A stretch of DNA of 64,000 bases from Marsupella aquatica. Its lineage: Eukaryota; Plantae; Marchantiophyta. Location of the stretch: NCBI GenBank assembly GCA_973895155.1, contig OZ316894.1, positions 4,426,944-4,490,943 on the forward strand. The letters run 5' to 3'. The notes below the pieces were generated by a model, which saw only the letters and a program-made list of their open reading frames with translations, ran no database searches and had not been told where the DNA came from. The translations under genes were made by a program, and so were the position numbers. Position 1 is the first letter of the stretch. Each line of letters opens with the position of its first letter. This document shows, one piece after another, positions 52,401 to 64,000 of this stretch.

Positions 52401-53151
52401 CCTGATCATTTTCTCACTCTTGACTGCCCGATGATTTCATTCGTAGCAATTATCTTTTGTTTAAAACTTCTGAACTTAAGACGACAACTTTTCAACCAAA
52501 ATGTTGACCAAGGCAAGCGATACCACTTAGGCAATGCCAGATTCACACCTGTTGGCGGGAGTAGCTGTATGCCAAAGCCATTTTTGACTGGAAGTTCCCA
52601 CCTTCGGCTCCAAAGTAGTGGTACAAGTATGCCTTCGCGTCGTCCTTGTCCATTCCATAGCCGCTACCATGAAGAAATCCTAAGGTGGACTGAGCATGAG
52701 GGTGCCCACGGTCTGCTGCAGATTGCAAATCCTGAACTGCCTCTTTTAACACCGCAGGATCACCATCCCCGATACCATCAACCATTTTCCTCACTCCTCT
52801 TGCATATTGGACATCGTCTCTGTTGGACCCACCCTCCACTTGCTCTTGACGCAGAGCTTCTCTCCAAGAGCCCGGATCCAAATCCTCATCTCTTAGATCA
52901 TCTGAGTCTCCAAACTCGTCCCACTCATTGGAATCGGAGGAATCTAATCCAGAGGACAATCCACCTTCGGCTGACGGAGAAAGCTCATCCTCCCGCCCCT
53001 CGTCATTGTCCTTGCTATCGTCGTCATCCACTACCAGGATTACATTATAGGCAGTTGCCAGCTGTGCTATAACTAGAAAAAGAAGCAACACAATTGGGAC
53101 TACCAACCTGTAGCTGCCCCTCGATAAATTTCTCTCCCGTTTCCCCTCCAT
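49454..53151 (-). CDS. HRD3: ERAD component HRD3/SEL1L homologue (EBS5/HRD3A-like), 693 aa; exons 53151-52549, 52273-51785, 51506-51279, 50711-50388, 50138-49896, 49648-49454
   Basis: Signal peptide, acidic region with WDEFGD...LDPGSW, multiple SEL1 repeats ([63 protein letters not shown]) and a C-terminal TM segment. All five introns are GT-AG, phase 0, and the frame is open. Confidence 0.95.
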
Positions 53152-53250
53152 CGATTAGTCTCGATTCCCACAAAACGTTGGTCAACGATCAGCCAATACT
53201 GAGTTCAAAATCCGCATCAAACACCTAACTTATTCGGGGGCTACTGGCTC

Positions 53251-53658
53251 CTGTCGTGAAAGCAATTTAAAAATACATTAGAGAGTCCGTTTCCAGATTG
53301 TAAGCCAGCACGGGAGCAGAGGGTTGATGTCATCAATTTCTCAGGAAAATGGCAAGAATGGTCGCATGGAAAATACATAAGTTTCAACAGACGAGAAAGT
53401 GAGGAAGCCGTGCAAATTCGAGGAGCCCGATGGGAAATGTAGTGAACAACTCCTTGAGCACCCGCACAGATCTTCAATCCATTACAACTAGCGAGAAAAG
53501 AAAACCAACCCAATTCTACAGAACCTACTACAGGACAACAGCGACTCTTCATAACAAAAACAAACAACTATGCAGACGTCGCATCCAATTCAAACAATCA
53601 ACCCACTCGAACGAATCAGCACAATCCAATCTAATGCAACACTATTCCTTTCCCTTAC
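53251..53658 (-). other. Probable 5'-UTR intron of HRD3
   Basis: Minus-strand donor cag|GTAAGG at ~53658 and acceptor cgacAG| at ~53251. Not confirmed by transcript data. Confidence 0.4.
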
Positions 53659-54241
53659 CTGCCGTTTCTCTTCGTCAAGACCCTAATTGGCTGCTCCTTC
53701 AAGATGCAGTACAATTCGATCCCTTCTTTACACCTTTTTTCCCTGTTCTTACCTACCATCTCTCCTCATTCTGACCTAATTCATCGCCCCGTCGGTCCAC
53801 AGCAACACCCGGAGCAGATTCATGACTCGTTTGGAAGCATTTAATCGGAAATCAATCAATCCTCTTTCCCCTGTTCGGCCGGTTCTTTCTCACCAATCCC
53901 CAACGATCGAACCCAATTCCATAACTTCAGCCTTCCACAGAGCAGAATGGCGAAGGCACAAATCTGCTGTCGGACCACAACTCTCAATAAATCCACAATT
54001 TCGGCCGCTTCGGCAGCAGAAACACTCAAGAGACTCTTCTATCGAATTCTTCCGACGAATAGAAACCGCGCTCCATCGATTCCTCCGATTTTTCCAACTG
54101 ATGAACCGAACTCCATCCACGCTTCCACAGAATAATAGTATGGCGGAGCCCAAATTTCTGCTGCTGAAATCAACACAAGAAGTCAGACAAATGAAATGAA
54201 TCCGATGACAGTGGAGTGGAGATGAACGGAGAGGGGCAACA

Positions 54242-54251
54242 ACACGTCATC
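54242..54251. promoter_or_regulatory. Candidate unfolded-protein-response element (UPRE) upstream of HRD3
   Basis: ACACGTCATC (TGACGTG on the minus strand) matches the plant UPRE core. Confidence 0.35.
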
Positions 54252-55419
54252 AATAAGGTTCCAAAGCGAATGGAACAAAGCCTGCATGGACCACCATGTG
54301 GAAACTTGACTTGGATGGACCACTGAAACATGGATGGGCTATCCAGAAGTATCACCACAGGCAGGTTTCATCTCCCATAGTTGAAGCTAAATACTGTAGT
54401 GTTTGGGGACAATGCGTAGTTCATTTGTGCATTTCAATGGGCATCTCAAAGCTTGGAAATTATGGATAATGGCATTCATCATAAAGAATAGGGGATAATG
54501 GCATTCGATCTTAAAGAATAGGTCATAAAGACTATGTAAAAGTTTTGTTTTTTTCTTTCACCAGACTCTAGAGTGACTAATGGTTATAGCATAAGACCAA
54601 TCCTTATGGCAAAAAGTTATGGACTATGCAATTCATAGTCCATAACTTTTTGTGTCCCTAACCCATAACTACAATAGGGCATTAAAGTATATCAAATTGC
54701 CAGTTTTGAGGCGCCCTAATCTTTAAGGAATTCCCAAATGCCGCGCAAGTGGCCAAAATAGTTTCCTTGGAAAACTGTAGTGCCAGGTTTGAATTTGTTC
54801 TGTAATGCGCAATGTGCCCATATGTGCATTTTTGGCTAACATTCTTGAAATGCACATATGCTTTCATCCACTCTTGTAGTGTTTCCTTTGAACACTCATT
54901 TGGTTGTCTTGCTTTTCTGTGAGAATGCACAACAAAACTCAGTTGCTTTTTTTGCTAGTACTGGCCTTGACTACCAGTTCTTTGAACTTGAATAGAGGAG
55001 AGTAATAGACGAGAGGACAATAAAAGTGTCAACAAAATATGTATACTGTTAATGTATTTACTGTTAATGAAATGATAAAAAAAACCATCATGCCTGGGCC
55101 ACATCATTCTAACAATCATACATATCATAACATCCTCAGTTCTATGCACATAAATTATGGTGGGCCCTAGAGTGACGGTCTACAGGCTTCATTCTAGAAG
55201 CTAGACCTCAACTCTAGCTTCCCTTCGCGCTTTATATATAAAGGTGCCATACCACCAAACCATGGAATAGCCTGTTGCTTCATCCCTACCCACACAACAT
55301 AATGGAATAGTCCTCCCCCTACTTTTGCTCACCACTAGGGCTCCCACACCCATACCACACTATGAAAGTCAGAGCCCTCGACTTGGTTGGCTGCCATATC
55401 CAAAGCACTTAGAGAAGCT

Positions 55420-55743
55420 ATCCTTCCCAACCAAATATATGTCTTCAAGTGCAACTGGTTCAAAGTGGGCCTTGCAGGTAACAATCTCACTATGGTTCAA
55501 GATGAGTGTGGATTTACACCGTTGAAGATATCTGCCACTAGTTTCCAGCCATCTCATTAGCAAACATTAGAGCCGTTCACTTTTCCAAGTCAAGTGGAAC
55601 AATATTTCTATATTCCATACCCCCTAAACCCAGAGGAATGGTCACTTGTCATCACGTATGTGCCAGAGTCTCGTTCAATCATTGGGGAAAAGCCTGATAT
55701 TCTGGTTGTGTTCCGACCTGAAAATGATGAGGACCAATTTTGA
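55420..55743 (+). pseudogene. CACTA/En-Spm transposase C-terminal fragment (DUF4216-like)
   Basis: Translates as YVFKCNWF...VQDECGFT...*..EPFTFPSQVEQYFY.P......WSLVI, the typical TnpD tail, with an internal stop. Confidence 0.8.
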
Positions 55744-56363
55744 GGGGTATGTGTTTGTGGATATATAGTTATACGGATATATAGTTAGATTTGATCATAT
55801 GAGGATTTCTCTTCTTGGTTGAATGGAAAAATATGTGTTTCTCAATTATCAACAAACTTATGTTTTGTAAGTATATCATTTTCAAACATTATTTTTCTAT
55901 ATCTCTCATCTCCAGCCCATATTCACCACACCTTTTGGTAGACTTTATGCAAAGAAAACTCATGTTGCTTGTAGTCCTCCATCCTCCATGCTTTCCTAAT
56001 CCCCCTAGCCTTTCTCCTTAGTTATTACTTGTACCCACCTCCCTCCTCCTTTCTTTCATTGTATACTAAAACCCATTAGTATATAGAGGAAAAAAGGGAA
56101 AATATAAACAATTAAGGGTAACCATGGAACCTGAGCCGAGGCCGGAAGTAAGGGTGCAATGCCAACAAGGGGGCACGATTAGGGTTAGGGCACACTAAGT
56201 ACATGTGGCTGCGGGTAATCAATGGGCAGTCAGGCAACGGCAGGCAGGAGGGGGGTAACTAAGGACTGTTCATCAAGGGTGGCGGCTCATTTGCGAGCAC
56301 TGATCAAGTAGAGGATTGTGAGAAGAAGCCAACGACTATATATCAACTGCTTAGGCAAACACT

Positions 56364-57660
56364 ATGGGCAGAAGCAAAAACCAAGCATCGACCAAGCTGC
56401 ACATTTTTGGGGATGCCTGTTCGAACGGGCAACTGAGTGTATTGAGACATACGAGGACGAGGAGTCAGAGAGAGCAGCCCAAGAATGATAGGAGCTTGCT
56501 CAGCTATGGGAACTCCAGAGGTCTGCCTTCCTCGGAGGAGAGCTCATCAAGGCCGAGTTCTTGTGGACGCCTATTGTCAACCAGCTCGACGACCTCCTGT
56601 TCCAAAGGAATAGAATTGTCGGCATCCGGGAGGCCATCAACCGCTGCAACAATGAACATTGGGACTTGAAGGGTTGCACGGAGGCATGGACGAAAGCAAC
56701 AGTGATGGGAGAATCGTCAAGAGCGGCCAAAATGAAAAGGAAAATGACCAACAACGAAGAAGCCACACCGGCCAAGAGAATGAGGTCGGCGACATCTAGA
56801 AAGCCGACAGAGCAAGGGAGACAAAGGCAGGAGGAGGCCGAGGAACTAGAGGTCAACCCCGTCAATGCCATCCCTACAAGAGATGATACATGGAAGGGTT
56901 GGGCGACGGTCATACTGTAGGCGGTGCAACTATATTTTGCACGAGAAGAGGACGCATGTTTTACAGCCATGCAGACCCGGAAGTGCCAATGCTTCATGGC
57001 CGGATTCGGCTTGGAGACCTTCGTTAGATGGCTGAAGCCGGAGGTGCCAGAATCAGACTTGCTGGAATTCATGGGATCATGGGATCACGAGGCAAATGCA
57101 ACCAGGGTATATGGGAGGGAATTCTATCTCACTCCCAAGGTGATTGCCAAAGTACTTGGCTTGCCGATAGGCAATAAGACCAAGGTAGACACCCGAAAGA
57201 ACTTGCCGGATAAGGAGTTTAGGTCATTTCCCGGGCCATCAACAAAGAATGGCCTCTTCCGGAACACTTGCAACCCGCACATTATTGAAATGACTGATTT
57301 CTTGCGGGTGACAATGCATTACAATTTGGCAAGGCCAGAGATTGGCAAGGCACATGTCTACCTGGCAGAGAGGCCAGACCCAAGCCGGGACTACAACGGG
57401 TATCTCCTCACCCAATTGAAAAAGATCTTGAAGGAGGAACAACAAGTGATAAGCTAGGGGAGCGTGTCCTGGCTTGGTTATCACATGCCGCTGTTGTGCA
57501 AGTACGCCCGAAGTCAGACCTTTGCACCCGAAGCCCAAACCGCCCCGCAGCCCCACAACAGAACAGATCTTCAGGCAGAGGCCTGAACCCATGATGATGC
57601 AGCAACCAGCCATGCAAGACCTTCTACAGATGCTACAAAAGGAGAGGGTGACAATTGCGG
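56364..57660 (+). pseudogene. Decayed TE accessory protein homologous to 18598-21078, cut by an LTR fragment
   Basis: LETFVRW...LLEFMGSWDHEANATRVYGREFYLTPKVIAKVLGLPIG aligns with LEQFAHL...ICEFISNFDTDASTTKVLGQALSLTEHRLTQIFCLPTG. Both carry GESS and a basic KR.R motif upstream. TATA-like ctatatatc at ~56336. Confidence 0.6.
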
Positions 57661-57665
57661 TACGT

Positions 57666-58261
57666 ACAGCCGCAAAACTCAGCTACCTTAACACTTAGCT
57701 CCGGCGTCACTGACTCCAACGCCAAGCTCCCTTATGGTCCAGGCCCGGATTGGCCATCCGAGGAGGACTTAGCATGGGGAGACGTGGCACCGGCGAGGCA
57801 AGGCGCCAAGCTGGTGACACACATTGAGGACTTAGACTATATAGCTAAGAGCTGGTCAGGTCAAGGGGGAAAAGGGTCAGGCTCAAGGTTGACCGTCCGG
57901 ACCCCCGAACGGACTTTGAGTTCTGAGCAGGGCTTGAAAAAGAGCTCCTCTTGGGCCCAAGGCCAATGGAGTTGACGCCATGGGCAACCGACGCTTGGGG
58001 CGCGAGTTATGGTCTGATCCAGGTTTGGCCGATTGGGGGCCCAGGGCGGCAATGAGATCTGAGGGCCTAGGCATGAGCAGTGGGTCGGCCCAATCACAAC
58101 GGGCTAAGGCACTCCGCTTGTGGACGCCTAACGAGGAAGTTATGGGCGTTGCTAGTTGGTGGCGCGCCCAGATAATTATGCAGGATAGGGTCTAGGTTGG
58201 GGTCCAAAAGTTTAGGGACCAAAGTTGGTCTGGGGGTGGGATGTCTCCAAAACCATATATG
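57666..58261 (+). mobile_element. Partial Gypsy-type LTR, homologue of 3905-4500
   Basis: ctaccttaacacttagctccggcgtc...gggaccaaagttggtc...catatatg is colinear with the reverse complement of 3905-4500. Confidence 0.85.
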
Positions 58262-59009
58262 TCATCTGCTTATCAAACGATTTACACGACAAATACATAT
58301 TTCCTCCTACTAAAATCGTTTGTTATTGTATGCGGGAACGTGGAGGGATGCTATTTGGATTCTATTGCATGTAGGATGAGTATCTTTGATTCCGCTCCCG
58401 GAAGTCTCGGGGGGGGTCACTTCCACGGAAGTGGCACATCACGTGCGATGAAGCATAGGGCCATTTAATTGGGTTCGGCGGAAGACTTCAGAAGTTTGGT
58501 GGAAGAACAATAGGGCCCGTTTTAATTGTTGGGCCACTTTAAAGCACAATAGGCATTTTTTAATTGGGACATATTCCACGGAAGATGTCCATATAAGTTA
58601 GGGGTTTTACTACCATATGTATATGCGACACGCGTCATGTTTATATTGGACCACATGTCTCCATGTAATTGGGACACGTGTTTTTACATGGCAAATATCC
58701 ATTTTTTCTGCAACATCAATGTTTTAATATTTGCCCTATTGTAACCGCAAACTTCTGTCCAAAAACTATATTGTGAAGGACTTCTGTTGGGTTTATTGGG
58801 ACGGGGTCTAAAGTGGGTTACGGGAACCCCAGGGGGACCCATGATGCCACTCGGGGTTTGCAAGGGCCGTTGATATTTAGGGTTGAAGATCCAATGGTCA
58901 AAAATGGCCCGGGTGGCGGCTTTAGGGACGGGGATTGTGGGCCCAAGGGTGGATCGATGAAACAGGAAGGACACGCGAACAGTGAGTTTCAAACTCAATG
59001 TTCATTTTC

Positions 59010-59200
59010 TTTGTGACAAACGGGAGGTCTGTTGCCGTGACTTTGGAGGATCGTTCAAGTTTGTGACAATCGGGAGATCTGCTGCCGTGACTTTGGAGGA
59101 TCGTTCAAGTTTGTGACAATCAGGAGGGCTGCGCTGTGTGCTGCAACTTAGGAGAGGATCATTTGAATGTTGTGTGCTGCCGTGACATTGGAGAGGATCG
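59010..59200. repeat. About 50-bp tandem repeat x2-3
   Basis: tgccgtgactttggaggatcgttcaagtttgtgacaatc.ggag units. Confidence 0.85.
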
Positions 59201-59331
59201 AGGCTAGGTAGACTCTGGAGGCCAGGAGACTACTGCTGCCGCAAGTCCCAGGGCAAGTTTGGAGAGGAGGTAGATTGTCGAGGTCGACTGTTACTGTCAT
59301 TCCGCTTTCAATTGGTTGACATTGGTATCTG

Positions 59332-59400
59332 GTTGCCTCTATCGCTTGCATTGCCTCTATCGCTGGCATTGCCTCTATCGCTTGCATTGCCTCTATCGCC
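59332..59400. repeat. 18-bp tandem repeat x~4
   Basis: ttgcctctatcgct.gca units. Confidence 0.9.
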
Positions 59401-60734
59401 TACTGTACTCACCATTGCCATGTACTGTGTGCTCACTGTCATTGCCATCTTGGAGGTGCGCACGAATGTGGTCCAGTGTTCTGCTTATTGTGATTGCCAA
59501 CTGCTTCTTATGCGCCCAGACCATTTGACTGCTTCTTGTGCGCCATCACTTGGAGTTGGGTCCCAGACCATTGCAAGTTGTTGCATCATCGTCCCAAACC
59601 ATTGTGACAGCTTGGGACATTACATCAAGCTTGGGAGGTCGCAGCGAGTTGGCCTGATTGTCGCCTTGGTCCTCTGTTCCCCTACTAACATGATTACTAC
59701 TTGTGCGATCCTCCCTGTTGCGTTCCTCCCTCTTGCATTCCTCCTCTGGCAAAGCCTACTATTGTTTCCCCTCATTTGCAAAGCTATGAATGTATGTTGC
59801 CGCCATGGGTAAGCTCAATGTTGTAGATGCAGTAAGATAGAGAACGAGAATTTTTTGGGGAGGAGTGTTGGACCTGAACATGATCGGTGCCTTTGAACCA
59901 CATATTGGTTGTCGGGGTGGTTTGTTGCTTTCGTTCAGGATAGGGCCATTTTGCTTTCTGTCTAACTCAAGCCTGCATTGGATAGGAGGGCACGACTGGT
60001 GCTGTTTGGCTGTCTGGCTGCTTGGGAGAAGGAAGATAACAACAAAGAAGGGACGTGAGCTAGGCAGCCTGGTTTGAATCTGGTTGGAGTCTGCATGCCC
60101 CTGGTAGTATTTGTTGTTTCCATCTCAGTTTCAATTGAAGTTTCCATGTCAATTTTGTCTTGCTCTTTTGTTTTCAATGTCCTTTCATTTGCTACTCAAT
60201 TTGTTGAATCTTTTGTCCATTGTTTCTGGAAATGCTGTCAATAGTTGTGTAATTGCCATTTTGCCACAGTCGACGTCTTCATGGAGATGGAGAAGCCATT
60301 CAGTATTTTGACTGTTCAGGGATTTTCCTGGCAATGTTTCTATCATCCGGTACTGTGTAGGTGAAAAACGTCAGTGAACAAGGTCGGGCTTGGGCATTCT
60401 TGGTGAGCATTGCCATGTGCTTCATTGGCATGCTAGAAATGTAGAATTTTGTGTGGACTTTGCAATGTCTGTTCTATTTGTGAAGCTAGATTGGCTAGCT
60501 AGCTTAAAGCTTGTTTGGACTTGTTTCGTGGATATGCATTTAAACTGCACTTGTCAGCTACTGGTCTGTTTCAATTTTGCATTGTCTATGGAATGTGCAG
60601 ATTCAATCGATCTTGGGTGCTGAGGAAGGAGTTTGGGCTCTGATCCGACTACAGAAGTTGTTGGGAGGATCCAAGTAAGCTCCACACTGTTGCAGAGGAC
60701 AACACGGCCTTATAGCTTTAGGGTTTATTGTCCC

Positions 60735-61083
60735 ATGGGTCGTAGAAATGAGTCTACACCAAAGCCCTCTTCAGTTTCAAAGCCAATTTTGAAGGGTGTG
60801 AATGCCTTCTTAGTTCCGCATGGATTTTCAAGAGCTCGTTTTGAAGTTTTGCGTAGAAAGCTAATTGAACGTCACGGTCAGCTTTGCCCTGTTGCTTCCA
60901 GCAACACCACTCACATTGTTGCTGGTTCTTGGGGAGCACTCATATCCAAGTGGACATGGTCTGATGTAAATTCCCTCATTCAAGAGCATGCATTGAAAGT
61001 TGTCTCATTTGAATGGATGTGCTAATCCCTCAAAGCAGGAGTCCTAGTAGACGAAGGCCCTTTCAACTTAATGTTGACTGAGG
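60735..61083 (+). pseudogene. Isolated BRCT domain resembling the N-terminal BRCT of DNA polymerase lambda
   Basis: LKGVNAFLV..G..RAR.EVLRRKLIERHG.......TTHIVA...VVSFEWMC*SLKAGVLVDE: the BRCT THxV and WxxxS motifs, with an in-frame stop at 61023-61025. Confidence 0.7.
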
Positions 61084-62168
61084 TAGAGTCTGAGGCAGAC
61101 TGTAACCAAGAGAGAAGTAGAAAAGATTAAACAAGATAACTAAGGTAGCTGCAGTTTGGAGAAGTGTAAACTTGATCATGCCAAAACGTAGATGTGTGTA
61201 GCTTACTCTAAATGTAACCTCTACTCTTGAAGCAATTTTATAAAGTGTTGCTTGTCTGCTGCAATTCTTTGCAGGTCTGCTGTTTGTGCTCTTCAAGCAC
61301 TGTGTATAGGGCTTTTGGTGTGTAGCTTTTTAAAACTTAGTTGCTTCTCTTTTTTTTGCAGGGACATTCTAGCGCAAGGCAGAAATTGGGGAAGTTTAGG
61401 GTCTGAGCAAAGGTCGGCCCCTATACCTTGTTTGTTGTGAACTTGTCATTTTGTTGGAGTGAGCACAATCTCAGTCTAGGTGCATTCCCAGGTGCATTGA
61501 AGATGGTTGTCACACGCAATGCTCTATCTGAGTACCATCAGCAGAAGGGTGTGCAATTTCGTGTGAAGATGATCCACTCTGGGATTGTGCCTGCAGACTG
61601 TGCTGTAAGTTGGGGCTATCCATCTGTGTCTGGCAACCATTACAACAGGCTGAGTACATCCCCACCAGTGCCAAACAGTATCCGTCCTGTTAAAGAAGTA
61701 GATGGAATGTTGGATGAGAGCTGTGTCTTATTGGAGGCTTGTCTCCATTGTCACACCCAAACATGTCATCATTGTAGGGGAGGTGACTCAAACATAGTGC
61801 AAACTGAAGCACAGTACATGGCAAGAATGGCATGGGGCGGTTGCCTAGTGTGGAATACTTGTCATTTCATCAATGATTGTGTCTGTGGTGGGACACGTCC
61901 AGGTTCTGCCCATGATGGTGATGCACATTCAAGTTGCGGACTTTTGATTCTACATTGCTCACATTGCAGGATGGATCAAAGGAGCCCACAGGGAAGTGAT
62001 GCCCCTGGTGGAGGCTACTGGCTGTGATTGCTGGTGGACTGTTGCTCCTTCTGGTACATCAATGCCTGCCCCTAATTTTTGAAGGTAATTTTGCAGATCT
62101 TGTTCAGCATGGCACACATTGCTTGTCAGCTGCTGGATCCAAGATTTGGGCATAGGGAGCACCTCCGT

Positions 62169-62804
62169 ATGGATCCCCCTTGTTGTTTTCACTGTGACGA
62201 GGGAGGAACTGTTTTGTTCTGTGATGGCCCTTGTGGTCGCCATTTTCATTATGTAGTTGATGGCCACAACCCTGATGAAGAAGATGGCCATGGACCTACA
62301 TGTCAGCGGATTGTCATTTCCAGAGGTCATGATTGGGCTGCAGCTTGGCTTTGTGACCTCTATCAGCAAAATAGAGGAAGATGTTTTGGTTGTGGACTCC
62401 TTGGTAGAACCTTGAGACCCACCACAGATGAGCCCCTTGTGATACAATGTTCTCATGATGGCTGCTACTCATTTTACCATGTGGGCTGTCTCCGGACACT
62501 TCTGCGATTGGGGGAAATGCCTTTCACCCGCCATCCAGATAACCCTGATGCACATCCCGATGCTCTTATATGCCCACGACATTACTGTGAGGTCTGTAAG
62601 GAGTATCGAGAGGGCATTTGGGATTTTGTCCAATGTCGTAGATGCCCTCGTGCATGGTGTCGTGATGAAGGACCAACAACAGACAGGCACTTGAGGAGAA
62701 GGGTGAGGGGCCGAGACACCTGGGACATTGGACAGTGGCGCATGATTTACTATACTCACCATGTCATCCTTGAGGGTTCTGATATCCCTAGTACCCATGA
62801 CTAG
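62169..62804 (+). CDS. Intronless EDM2/NSD-type atypical PHD-finger module (possibly decaying)
   Basis: CFHCDEGG.VLFCDGPCGRHFH...C...CFGCGLLG...VIQCSHDGCYSFYHVGC...LRLG...CPRHYCEVC...CRRCPRAW...W...IY..H follows the Cys/His spacing I recall for the EDM2 PHD cluster. A few ligand positions are substituted. Confidence 0.7.
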   Translation: MDPPCCFHCDEGGTVLFCDGPCGRHFHYVVDGHNPDEEDGHGPTCQRIVISRGHDWAAAWLCDLYQQNRGRCFGCGLLGRTLRPTTDEPLVIQCSHDGCYSFYHVGCLRTLLRLGEMPFTRHPDNPDAHPDALICPRHYCEVCKEYREGIWDFVQCRRCPRAWCRDEGPTTDRHLRRRVRGRDTWDIGQWRMIYYTHHVILEGSDIPSTHD

Positions 62805-62884
62805 ACCAGCATGACTGCTATTGATTTCACCATCTTATAACTTGAACCTTTTTTGTACTGGACCCATAAGACAGCCTAAATTAT

Positions 62885-63032
62885 ATGAACTTAAGTATTT
62901 GGTTGAAGGCTATGGACTTAAGTATTTGGTTGCATGCTATCGACTTAAGTATTTCGATGAATGAAATGGACTTAAGTATTTGCTTGAACGAAATGGAATT
63001 TTGATCGATGAATTGAAATGGACTTAAGTAAG
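62885..63032. repeat. Degenerate ~27-bp tandem repeat (gacttaagtattt core)
   Basis: The core recurs about 5 times. Confidence 0.8.
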
Positions 63033-64000
63033 TCTCATTGACTACAATAGATTGAGTGTTCAGATGACATTGTGAATGGTTGACTTGAGTCCTGATCTTT
63101 TTCCATGTCTGTCCATTGTTGTATGACAGGTTCATCTACCTAATCCTTGTCCCTTACTTTCATAGCCTGTATAACTATCCATCATGGCACACCTAGGCAT
63201 GAGCTCTATCAGATTGGTAGAAAAGAGTGGGGAGGGAGGAAAGCCTGATACTCCAATCTGTGTCATGTCCTTCAAAGAGGCAGACTCTGGCAGATTTCCG
63301 TCTGAAATGTGTAGGTGTAGTAGAGTTTGACTTTGATTTTTGGGATGAGAGGTTGCCTGGTCAAGTCCGGCGCTTTTCAGAGAAGACTGTTGGGGTGACT
63401 GAACTTCAAGGGACAATTTACGTGATTGCACAGTAAGTTACCCTCAGTTGCCTTGCCTACTGAGAGGGTCACAATTGGTTCCTCTCATTCATCTGCTGCC
63501 ACTGTGTCCAATTTGGCAGGCACAATTCCCTTGACTGAAGGACAAACAAAAGGGGTGCCAGTACAGGCTATTGTACTGCCTGTCACAGGCTCCTTTGAGT
63601 CTCACCTCATGTCTGAGGCTGCATCAAAGACCTGGAATGATGAGTGGTTGAAGCTATGATCCTGGGTAAACCAGAAGGGCTTCGGTGAGCACAAGTGGAG
63701 AGTGCGGACGTGGGATGAGGGAGGGGAGTGTCGAGGTCATCTAGAATGCTTAGTGTAGGGAGACTTATGGGAATGCAGCCAATTCACAGGTGCTCAAGTC
63801 CATCGCAAATTGCTTTAGCAATTTCAAGACAAAGCACCTGACCAACCCTAAACACAAGGAGAACGTACTGGTGTAAGCAAAGGGGTATACCTGGAGCTTT
63901 GGTGACGGCTGCTGACACTATACAGCAACCATTGTTTGATCATAGTATGCAAATAGGGGCTGGTGTGGAAATAGTGGGAAAGTTGAATGAAGAGGTAGGT

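Noticed and set aside
52431-53072. 213-aa plus-strand ORF
   Set aside because: Antisense shadow of HRD3 exon 1.
59312-59812. Hydrophobic 166-aa ORF resembling a membrane protein
   Set aside because: Starts in an 18-bp repeat with a non-ATG codon and has no recognisable family motif.
63130-64000. Minus-strand GIPLCLH motif suggestive of a SWIM finger or MULE transposase
   Set aside because: The upstream CxC spacing is not convincing and the region runs off the window edge.

Overview
Eukaryotic, intron-containing, transposon-rich plant genomic DNA. A bryophyte such as a liverwort is my inference from the gene and TE families; it is not proven. Two host genes appear intact, both on the minus strand: a 4-exon 2-oxoglutarate/Fe(II) dioxygenase of the GA-oxidase-like DOXC class (25148-28274, 413 aa) and a 6-exon HRD3/SEL1L ERAD gene (49454-53151, 693 aa). 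The rest is layered mobile DNA: a full-length but defective Ty1/Copia element with near-identical LTRs, a truncated related copy, and a solo LTR of the same family; non-autonomous Helitrons; a Mutator-like foldback element; a MITE family with CCCGGTTTG ends and 8-bp TSDs; and LINE and CACTA relics. The most unusual features are (i) a 3.8-kb TG...CA element with a 5-bp TSD, no internal direct repeats and a long coiled-coil ORF, with two distant homologues elsewhere in the window, and (ii) an intronless EDM2/NSD-type PHD-finger module about 1.1 kb from a Pol-lambda-like BRCT module in a repeat-like region. All homology calls come from motif recognition by eye; no database searches were run.
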